Assembly (NCBI GenBank): GCA_044229975.1
Contig: JBGARZ010000003.1
Location: 96,001-160,000 of the forward strand
Direction: 5' to 3'
From: Polyangiales bacterium
GTDB lineage: Bacteria > Myxococcota_A > Polyangia > Polyangiales > Ga0077539
Length of the DNA: 64,000 nt
The notes below the pieces were generated by a model that searched no databases, was not told where the DNA came from, and saw only the letters and a program-made list of their open reading frames with translations. This document shows, one piece after another, positions 9,216-16,648 of the stretch (within the stretch, counting starts at the first letter, position 1; each line of letters begins with the position of its first letter). The position numbers were made by a program, and so were the translations under genes.

Positions 9216-11309
9216 GTGTCGGCGGCGACAGCAGAACAATCACGCATCGGCGCGACGGTCGCGGATCGCTACAAGCTCGTGCGCGTGCTTGGCCGCGGCG
9301 GCATGGGGATGGTCTACGAGGCCGAGATCGTCGGCTCGCTGCGCCACGTCGCCATCAAGGTGATGCACCCGGAGAGTCAGGCCGACAGCGACAACGTCCG
9401 GCGCTTCATGAACGAGGCGCGCGCCGCGGGCCGGGTGCGCCACCCCAACGTGGTGGAGGTGCTCGACGCGGGCGAAGACCCCGACGACGGCTCGCTCTTC
9501 ATCGTGCTGGAGCTGCTCACGGGCATCGACCTCGCGACGTACCTGCTGCGCTACGACAAGCTGCTGCCGAGCGAGACGCTCACCGTCGTTTGCCAGGTTC
9601 TCCAGGCCCTCATCGTCGCGCACCGCGAGAACATCGTTCACCGCGACATCAAGCCGGAGAACGTCTTCCTCGCGCGCCGCCCGAGCGGCGAGACGCACGT
9701 GAAGATCGTGGACTTCGGCATCTCGAAGATCCTCGACCCGGAGAAGGAGATCTCGCTCTCCATCACGCGGGCCAACATGACCGTCGGCACGCCCCACTAC
9801 ATGTCCCCCGAGCAGGCGCGCGGCGAGGGCATCGACCCCCGCGCCGACATCTGGGCGCTCGGGGTCGTGATGTACGAGTGCCTCACCGGCGAGATCCCCT
9901 TCGACGGCGAAAACTACAACCAGCAGATCCTCGCGGTGGTGACCGAAGACCACAAGCCCGCGAGCGCGCACGGTGTCGAGCCGGAGCTCTCGGCCCTCAT
10001 CGATCGCTGCCTGAAGAAGGACCGCACCGAGCGCTTCGACAGCGCCGCCGTGATGCTCGCCGAGATCGGCGCCTACCTCGCCCGTCACACCGAGGTCGCG
10101 GTGCGCGCCTCGCTGCTCCGCATCCCCGGGCCCGAAGAGTTTCCGACGACGCGGCCCGACGACCCCACCACGGTGCAAGACGTGCTGCCGGCGTTTGCGC
10201 GGGAGAGCGTCGAAGACCTCACCGACGACGCGCACCCCGAGGTGGCCGATGACTTCGCGGGGCCGCTGTCCATCCGACCGGTGTTCCCGGGGATGGTGCG
10301 CCTCGACGAGGAGGGCGCCGACAACGCACCCACCAAGGTGCAGTCCATCCACGCCATCGTCCCGGGCGGCGCCGCACCCGTCCCGCTCTCCCAGCGCCCC
10401 GGCTACGCGCCCGGCGAGTCCACGCGCCCGGCCGTCTTCCGCGCGCCGTCGATGCCGCCGCTGCCTCCGCCGCCGCGCCTCCCCGTCATCGAGGCCACCC
10501 CGGCGGGTGTCTCGCTGCCACCCGTCGCGTCGCAGCCGCCCGTCGCATCGCTGCCCCCGGCCGAGCTCACGCCGCAGGGCGCGGTGCTCCCCGTCGATGA
10601 CTCCGAGCGTCCGTCGCTCATCGCCTACCCCCGCTCGCGGCGCTGGCTCTTCCTCTCCGCGGCCTTCATGGCCGGGCTCGTCGTCGCGCTCGGCGTCGCC
10701 GCCGTCAGCCTGCGCGAACCCTCGCGTCCGGTGTCGACGCCGCACATGGTTCGGGTGCGCCTCACGGGCATGCGCGACGACGCGAGGCCCGTCATCGGCG
10801 GCGTGCGGTACTTCTCCAACGAGGCCTACGTCCCGCTCACCGATCGCCCGATGCGCATCCGCGTCGAGGCCGACGGCTTCGAGCCCATCGAGGTCAACGT
10901 CGTCCCCGACCGCGACCGCGACCTCGCCCTCCCCGCGATGACCCCGACGCCCCCGCCGGCGCCGGTCGTCGCCCCGACACCCGCACCTCCGGTCGCGCCC
11001 GAACCTCGCCCTGCCACGCCCACCGCGAGCGCTCCGCCTCGCGCGGCCGCCCCAGCGCTGCCGACCACCGTGGCGCCCGGTGTTCCCCACGCACGGCGCG
11101 CCGCGCTGCCCGAGCTCGCCATCGGTTCGACCCCGCGCTGTCGCGTGCTCGTCGACGGCAACGTGCTCGGCCAGACGCCGCTCTTCCACGTGCGCCTCCC
11201 CGCGGGCAGCCATCGCATCCTCTGCGAGCGCCCCGATGGCTCCTTTGCCCGCAACGTCGAGATCACCCCCGGCGCGAGCAACGCGCGGGTCTTCTTCGAC
11301 GAGCACTGA
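9216..11309 (+). CDS. Membrane-anchored Ser/Thr protein kinase with C-terminal PEGA-like domains
   Basis: LGRGGMGMVY, VAIK, HRDIKPEN, DFGISK, GTPHYMSPEQ all intact; TM WLFLSAAFMAGLVVALGVAAV; VLVDGNVLGQTPL...LPAGSH. Confidence 0.93.
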   Translation: MSAATAEQSRIGATVADRYKLVRVLGRGGMGMVYEAEIVGSLRHVAIKVMHPESQADSDNVRRFMNEARAAGRVRHPNVVEVLDAGEDPDDGSLFIVLELLTGIDLATYLLRYDKLLPSETLTVVCQVLQALIVAHRENIVHRDIKPENVFLARRPSGETHVKIVDFGISKILDPEKEISLSITRANMTVGTPHYMSPEQARGEGIDPRADIWALGVVMYECLTGEIPFDGENYNQQILAVVTEDHKPASAHGVEPELSALIDRCLKKDRTERFDSAAVMLAEIGAYLARHTEVAVRASLLRIPGPEEFPTTRPDDPTTVQDVLPAFARESVEDLTDDAHPEVADDFAGPLSIRPVFPGMVRLDEEGADNAPTKVQSIHAIVPGGAAPVPLSQRPGYAPGESTRPAVFRAPSMPPLPPPPRLPVIEATPAGVSLPPVASQPPVASLPPAELTPQGAVLPVDDSERPSLIAYPRSRRWLFLSAAFMAGLVVALGVAAVSLREPSRPVSTPHMVRVRLTGMRDDARPVIGGVRYFSNEAYVPLTDRPMRIRVEADGFEPIEVNVVPDRDRDLALPAMTPTPPPAPVVAPTPAPPVAPEPRPATPTASAPPRAAAPALPTTVAPGVPHARRAALPELAIGSTPRCRVLVDGNVLGQTPLFHVRLPAGSHRILCERPDGSFARNVEITPGASNARVFFDEH

Positions 11310-11405
11310 AGCCTCCAGCGACCGGGTCGCTGGCTCTGGCAATCCGTCGGGAGGTCGGGCAACCTCCGCCCGCCTTCGCGTCGTCTACCCGTGAGGAGTT
11401 CATCG

Positions 11406-12029
11406 ATGTCCCATCATCACCCGTGCTCTGAATCCGCCTACGAGTCCGTCGCGTTCACCGTGGATGCCCTCGCGGCGAGCGCCGACGACGCCGAGCTCAC
11501 GCGCCTCTCCGATCGCGTGCGCGGCGTGCTCACCGACTGGGAGAGCCTCGACGCGACCCGCCGCATCCTGCGCCGCAAGGCCCTCACGGCGAGCGCCCAG
11601 GTGCACGTGGCCGACGCCTCGCTCGACGCCTCCATCGCCGCCTTCGCCCGCGACCTCGTCGCCCTCAGCGGCAAGGACAGCGACCAGTACAAGAAGTACT
11701 TCCCGGAGTCCCACGAGGACATCATCGCCATGGGCCTGGAGTCCGAGCTCCCGGTGGTCACCCTGGTCCTCGCGCAGCTCGACGCCTCCACCGACGCGCC
11801 CGCTGCGCTCACCGCCCACACCGCCGCGCTGCGCGCCGGCCTTCAGATGGGCAACGGCGCCCTCGGCAACCGCGCCGACGCCCTCGCCGACCTGGGCCGC
11901 CACAACGCCCGCGAGCAGTCGTGGAGCGAGACCTCGCTCGCCTCGCTCGTGAGCGTCCGCCGCGCGCTCGACAAGATCGCCTTCACCCGCGGTCTCTCGC
12001 CCTCCTGGGTCTCGGCGTTCTTCCGCTAG
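11406..12029 (+). CDS. Hypothetical all-alpha protein
   Basis: GAGGAG RBS before ATG 11406; strong GC3 codon bias; no family recognised. Confidence 0.75.
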   Translation: MSHHHPCSESAYESVAFTVDALAASADDAELTRLSDRVRGVLTDWESLDATRRILRRKALTASAQVHVADASLDASIAAFARDLVALSGKDSDQYKKYFPESHEDIIAMGLESELPVVTLVLAQLDASTDAPAALTAHTAALRAGLQMGNGALGNRADALADLGRHNAREQSWSETSLASLVSVRRALDKIAFTRGLSPSWVSAFFR

Positions 12030-12046
12030 GCCCAACACTCACGCGC

Positions 12047-12754
12047 ATGTCGCTCCGCGCCCTCACGCTGCGCCGTGCGCGCCCCCTCTCCCCGAAGGTG
12101 CGCGAGCTCACCTTCGACCCCGGTCCAGACTTCCGATTCCGCGCGGGGCAGTGGGTGTCCCTCAAGGTCCCTGCGGGCGACCCCGACCAGCCCCACGCGC
12201 GCTCGTACTCCATCGCCTCGGCGCCGCGCGACGACGGCTCCTTCGACATCGCAGTCACCCTCGTGGAGTCTGGTCCCGGGAGCACCTTCCTCCACGCGAT
12301 GAACGTCGGCGACACCATCCCCGCCGCCGACCCGATGGGCTTCTTCACCCTCCCCGACGCGCTCTCCCGACCGCTGCTCTTGGTCGGGACCGGCACCGGC
12401 GTCGCCCCCCTCCGCGCGATGATCGAGTCCCTCGACGCGCTCCCCCACGCGCCGCCCGTCACGCTGCTCTTCGGCGTTCGCACCCGCGAGGACATCCTCT
12501 ACGCGGACGAGTTCGTCGAGCGCGCCCGTCGCGACCCGCGCTTCCGCTTCGAACCGACGCTCTCCCGCCCCGACCCCGACTGGGGCGGGCGCACGGGCTA
12601 CGTCCAGACCCATTTCGCCAGCCTCCTCGCCGACACGCCCCACGCCGCCGTCTACGTCTGCGGCCTCAGCGCGATGGTGCGCGAGGCGCGCGACGTGCTC
12701 CGCAAGACCCTCGGACTCCCGCGCGACCGCGTGCAGTCCGAGCGCTTCGACTGA
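12047..12754 (+). CDS. FAD/NAD(P)-binding oxidoreductase (ferredoxin-NADP reductase family)
   Basis: FRAGQW, RSYSIAS, GPGSTFL, VGTGTGVAPLRAM, VYVCG, terminal ERFD. Confidence 0.92.
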   Translation: MSLRALTLRRARPLSPKVRELTFDPGPDFRFRAGQWVSLKVPAGDPDQPHARSYSIASAPRDDGSFDIAVTLVESGPGSTFLHAMNVGDTIPAADPMGFFTLPDALSRPLLLVGTGTGVAPLRAMIESLDALPHAPPVTLLFGVRTREDILYADEFVERARRDPRFRFEPTLSRPDPDWGGRTGYVQTHFASLLADTPHAAVYVCGLSAMVREARDVLRKTLGLPRDRVQSERFD

Positions 12755-12758
12755 CGCC

Positions 12759-14315
12759 ATGCGCCCGCCGCTGCTCGTCGCCCTCGCCCTGCTCTCCTGC
12801 CGCTCGCCTCGTCCCGCGCCGCGCCCCGATGCGTCCGCTGCCTCCGCCCCCGTTGCCGTCATCCTGGACGCTGGCGTCGATGTGCCCGCGCCCCGTGACG
12901 TCGTCACCGACCGGCCTGTCGTCGTCACCCGCGGCCCCTGGCAGCGCCTGCCCCGCGCCCGCTGGACCGACCCCGCGCAGCTCGGTCGCTGGGACGACGC
13001 GCCCGACCTCGATGGCGATGGTCAGCCCGACGAGGTCTTCGCCATGGACGCACGCGGTGTCATCTGCGACCCGGTGCACCGCGACATCCCCTGCCCCGCC
13101 CCCGACGACGGCGGCGGCGACGCGGAGGACGGCCCCGCGCGCATCGCCCTCATCGCCCGCTTCTCCGGCGACACGGACACCGCCGCGACGGTCGGTCGCC
13201 TCTTCGGACTCCAGCGCGTGTGGCGCTCCCGCAGCGTGCCCACGGCCCGCATCGACGGCGTGCGCTTCGGCGACTTCGGTCGCGGCGTGAGCGTTCGCAC
13301 GACCCTGCTCGTCGACCACGGCGCGGGCCTGCGCGACACCCTCGACCGCGTCGACCTCTACCTGGGCGCGGGCCTCGATCGCCCCGCCGGAACCTTCGTC
13401 CACCACTGCATCCGCACCCTCGAAGGCACCCTCCGTCGCGCGGGCGCCCTCGCCGTCACGCTGCCCGAGGAGACCCCGACGCTGTGGCGCTTCGCCTCGG
13501 CGCACCCGTCCAGCGCCTGCGAGACCGACGCCGTCGCCCTCGACGCCGCCCTCGGCCAGACGCTCTCGCGCGGTGTCGTGGTCGCCGACCTCCGCGCCTC
13601 GCCCGTCGAGACCCACCGCGACGTTCGCATCGCCATCACCGACGGCCGCGCCCGCGTGGTCGAGCGCGCGCCGCGCGACTCCGACGCGGGCTTCGCGGGC
13701 GACCCCCTGGCGAGCGGCGTGATGCGGGTCGTCGCGACGGCGCGGCGCTGCGACGGCGACGTGGTGCGCTACCAGCAGGAGGACAAGTCGTGCCTCGTGC
13801 GCATCGAACGATCGCGCTCGGACGAGCGCTGCGACCCCAACCTCCCGGCGGTTCCGCGCTTCGACGACGCGCACCCCGTGGCGCTCGTCGGGGGCGGCGA
13901 TGCGGGGCTCTCCACGCTGGTGATCCAGCGCGCGGGATCGCTCGTGTCGGTGGCCCTGCCGGCCGCGTGCGGAACGGGTCGTCGCAGCGCCGAGACGTCA
14001 CCCTTCGCGGGATCACTCCCGGCCGGAACGCCCGTGTCGACCGATGGTTCGCTGGTGCTCTTCGCCGAGGGCCACGACCTGTGGCTCGCCCGGCGTGGCG
14101 ACCCGCGGCCCGCGCTCGTCAACGTCCCCGGCGGCGGACTTGCGCGCGGCACCGTGAGGGCCATCGCCTTCCTCGACGCGCGACAGGTGGCCGTCGTCAT
14201 CGCGCGCACGCTCTACGAGTTCACGCTCGACGTCCCCGCACCGATGAACGACGTCCCCGAGACGCTCAGCGTCAACCCGGCCGAGCTCTACCGCGCCACA
14301 CACGCCCCGCGCTGA
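12759..14315 (+). CDS. Hypothetical lipoprotein (DxDGDG Ca-binding loop; propeller-like C-terminus)
   Basis: Lipobox LALLSC; DLDGDGQPDEV; STDGSLVLFAEGHDLWLA. Confidence 0.65.
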   Translation: MRPPLLVALALLSCRSPRPAPRPDASAASAPVAVILDAGVDVPAPRDVVTDRPVVVTRGPWQRLPRARWTDPAQLGRWDDAPDLDGDGQPDEVFAMDARGVICDPVHRDIPCPAPDDGGGDAEDGPARIALIARFSGDTDTAATVGRLFGLQRVWRSRSVPTARIDGVRFGDFGRGVSVRTTLLVDHGAGLRDTLDRVDLYLGAGLDRPAGTFVHHCIRTLEGTLRRAGALAVTLPEETPTLWRFASAHPSSACETDAVALDAALGQTLSRGVVVADLRASPVETHRDVRIAITDGRARVVERAPRDSDAGFAGDPLASGVMRVVATARRCDGDVVRYQQEDKSCLVRIERSRSDERCDPNLPAVPRFDDAHPVALVGGGDAGLSTLVIQRAGSLVSVALPAACGTGRRSAETSPFAGSLPAGTPVSTDGSLVLFAEGHDLWLARRGDPRPALVNVPGGGLARGTVRAIAFLDARQVAVVIARTLYEFTLDVPAPMNDVPETLSVNPAELYRATHAPR

Positions 14316-15022
14316 GCGGCGGCTTCGAGCGCGGCCTGCCACGCCACGAGGTCGTCGGGGCGAGGCGCTTCGACCGTGACGGATGCGCCCGTCGAAGAGA
14401 CCCAGGTGATCTGCGCCGCGTGCAGCGAGAGTCGGCCGAGCACCTCTCCCTCGCCTTCGTCCCCGAGCTCGGCGCGCGTCACCTTGGACGCCCGCCCGTA
14501 CACCGGGTCGACCACCAGCGGCGCGTTGACCGACCGCAGATGAACCCTGATCTGATGCTGTCGCCCGGTCTCGGGCAACGCCTCGATCGCGCACACCGTC
14601 CCTCCAGGGAGGCCCTCCCAACGACGCGTGACGCGGTAGCGCGTCCGCGACGGCAGAGCACCTTCCTCGCCGACCGCCGCCGGGCGCATCTTCCCTTTGC
14701 GCGCGGTGTGGAGCGCCGTGTCGATGACCCCTTCGTCGGCGGGTGGTGCGCCGCGCGTCCACGCAACGTAGCGCTTGTGCACCTCGCGCTTCTCGAAGAG
14801 TCCGTTGAGGCGACGGTGCTCGTCTGCGGTACGCGCGAACAGCACCACGCCGCTCGTGTCGCGGTCGAGCCGATGAACGACCCACAGCCGCTCGCCCCGC
14901 GCCGCCTGCAACGAGGCGTGCAGGCAGAGGGCCTCTTCCTCCGCCCGCGCGGGGATCACGACCATCCCGGCGGGCTTGCTCACGGCGATGGAGGCGGCGT
15001 CTTCAAACAGCAGGTCGATCAC
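14288..15022 (-). CDS. RluA-family RNA pseudouridine synthase
   Basis: SKPAGMVV, VHRLDRDTSGV, TGRQHQIRVHL, DPVYG, LSLHA. Confidence 0.93.
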   Translation of the reverse strand: MIDLLFEDAASIAVSKPAGMVVIPARAEEEALCLHASLQAARGERLWVVHRLDRDTSGVVLFARTADEHRRLNGLFEKREVHKRYVAWTRGAPPADEGVIDTALHTARKGKMRPAAVGEEGALPSRTRYRVTRRWEGLPGGTVCAIEALPETGRQHQIRVHLRSVNAPLVVDPVYGRASKVTRAELGDEGEGEVLGRLSLHAAQITWVSSTGASVTVEAPRPDDLVAWQAALEAAAQRGACVAR

Positions 15023-15049
15023 GGGCGCGGCCCTACCACGCCCGCGCTC

Positions 15050-15078
15050 TTGCACCGATGACTGAACATTTGTACGGT
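15050..15078 (+). promoter_or_regulatory. Sigma70-like promoter for bet (TTGCAC-N17-TACGGT) overlapped by SOS-box-like palindrome CTGAACATTTGTACGG
   Basis: -35 at 15050-15055, 17-bp spacer, -10 at 15073-15078; AT-rich imperfect palindrome 15062-15077 with GAAC-N4-GTAC core. Confidence 0.6.
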
Positions 15079-15085
15079 CTTCTTC

Positions 15086-15829
15086 ATGGACCAGAGATCA
15101 CCGATTTCCATGGACCAGTCGGGGCTCGCGATTCGCGACGCGCAGCCGATGGAGTTCACCGACACGCAGCGGCAGCTCATCCGCGACGCGTACGCCAGCG
15201 GGGCCAGCGACGACGAGTTCGCCGTGCTCATGGAGATCGCCCGTGCGCGGCGGCTCAATCCACTCTTGCGACAGATCCACTTCGTGAGCCGGTGGGACAG
15301 CGAGAAGCACCGCGGCGTCTGGTCGGCGCAGGTGTCCATCGACGGGCTGCGCGCCATCGCCGAGCGCACCGGGCTCTACGTGGGTCAGGACGAACCCGAG
15401 TTCGTCGAAAACCCCGACGGCACCATCAAGCTGTGCCGCGTGCGCGTGTGGCGGAAGGACTGGCCGCGCCCCGCGGTGGGCCTCGCCTATTGGGCCGAGT
15501 ACTGCCAGATGGCGCGCGACCGCACGACGGGCAAGCAGCGCCCCACGGCGATGTGGTCGCGCATGCCGCACGTGATGATCGCGAAGTGTGCGGAATCACT
15601 AGCGTTACGGAAGGCGTTCCCCGAAGACATGTCGGGCCTCTACACCGGAGAGGAGATGGGCAACGCGCCGGGGCAGGCGCCCGCACCGCCCGTACCAGTG
15701 CAACAGCCCACCGTGGTCGCGCGGGTGGAGACCCGCGTCGAAGAGCGCGTCACCGTTCCCGCGGCGCTTGGTCCGTTGCGGGTCGTTCCGACGCCGCCGT
15801 CCGACCCCTGGCTCGACTACCTCGGGTAG
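15086..15829 (+). CDS. bet: Phage recombination protein Bet / RecT-family single-strand annealing protein
   Basis: ASDDEFAVLMEIARARRLNPLLRQIHFV, QVSIDGLRAIAERTGLYVG, MWSRMPHVMIAKCAESLALRKAFPEDMSGLYTGEEM are typical Bet/RecT blocks. Alternative start at 15110. Confidence 0.88.
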   Translation: MDQRSPISMDQSGLAIRDAQPMEFTDTQRQLIRDAYASGASDDEFAVLMEIARARRLNPLLRQIHFVSRWDSEKHRGVWSAQVSIDGLRAIAERTGLYVGQDEPEFVENPDGTIKLCRVRVWRKDWPRPAVGLAYWAEYCQMARDRTTGKQRPTAMWSRMPHVMIAKCAESLALRKAFPEDMSGLYTGEEMGNAPGQAPAPPVPVQQPTVVARVETRVEERVTVPAALGPLRVVPTPPSDPWLDYLG

Positions 15830-16644
15830 TCCTCCAACGGCAGCACCCGCAGCCCCTCGCCCACCGTCACGCTCGCCGCGATGGCCGCTGTGAGTCGCTC
15901 CTTCGACCAGCGCACGGCAGCCTCCAGCGCCTCTGCCCCGGGCTTCCCCTCGCGCAGCGCAAGCTGCCCCGTGATGAGCGCCGACAGCGTGCACCCACCT
16001 CCATGGAACTCGCCCGCCAACGCCACGCGCGGCGCCTCAATGAGTCGCGTCACCGACGGCGTCGCGAGCACGTCGACCGCCGTCGACCCCGCGAGGTGGC
16101 CGCCCTTCACCAGCACCGCGCGCGCACCCATCGCGATGAGCGCCTCGGCCGCCGCCCGCGCCTCTTCCACGCTGCGCACGCGATCGCCCAGCAGCGCCTC
16201 GGCTTCGTCGACGTTGGGCGTCACCAGGGCCGCGCGCGTCATCAATCGACCCAGCGCCGCGAGGGCGCGCTCGTCCAGCAGGCGCGCGCCCCCATCGGTG
16301 CGGGTGGCCACGATCACCGGGTCGACCACCAACGGGATGTCCGAGTGTTCGCTCGCGAGCGCAAACGCGAGCTCGACGTTGTCCGTCGACCCGAGGGCGC
16401 CGGTCTTCCAGGCGCGGACGTGTTGGTGTTGGAAGATGCGCTCGGCCTGCGCACGGACGAGCGAAGTATCGACGGGGTGAACCGACGCGAGCCCGGCGGT
16501 GGATTGCACCGTGAGCACCGCGGCGACGGCGCAACCCCAGGCGCCCGCTGCGTGGAAGCCCTTGAGGTCCGCCAGGAAGCCTGCGCCTCCTGATGGGTCG
16601 AGGCCCGCCACGCTGAGCGCGCAGGGTCGCGCCGCGTCGGTCAC
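15817..16644 (-). CDS. thiD: Hydroxymethylpyrimidine/phosphomethylpyrimidine kinase
   Basis: AGLDPSGGAGFLADLK, LTVQS, VVDPV, TPNVDEA, LVKGGH, HGGGCTLSA. Confidence 0.9.
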   Translation of the reverse strand: MTDAARPCALSVAGLDPSGGAGFLADLKGFHAAGAWGCAVAAVLTVQSTAGLASVHPVDTSLVRAQAERIFQHQHVRAWKTGALGSTDNVELAFALASEHSDIPLVVDPVIVATRTDGGARLLDERALAALGRLMTRAALVTPNVDEAEALLGDRVRSVEEARAAAEALIAMGARAVLVKGGHLAGSTAVDVLATPSVTRLIEAPRVALAGEFHGGGCTLSALITGQLALREGKPGAEALEAAVRWSKERLTAAIAASVTVGEGLRVLPLEDYPR

Positions 16645-16648
16645 GCTC

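Noticed and set aside
14288..16644. Prophage around bet
   Set aside because: Flanks are housekeeping genes; no integrase, structural genes or att repeats seen.
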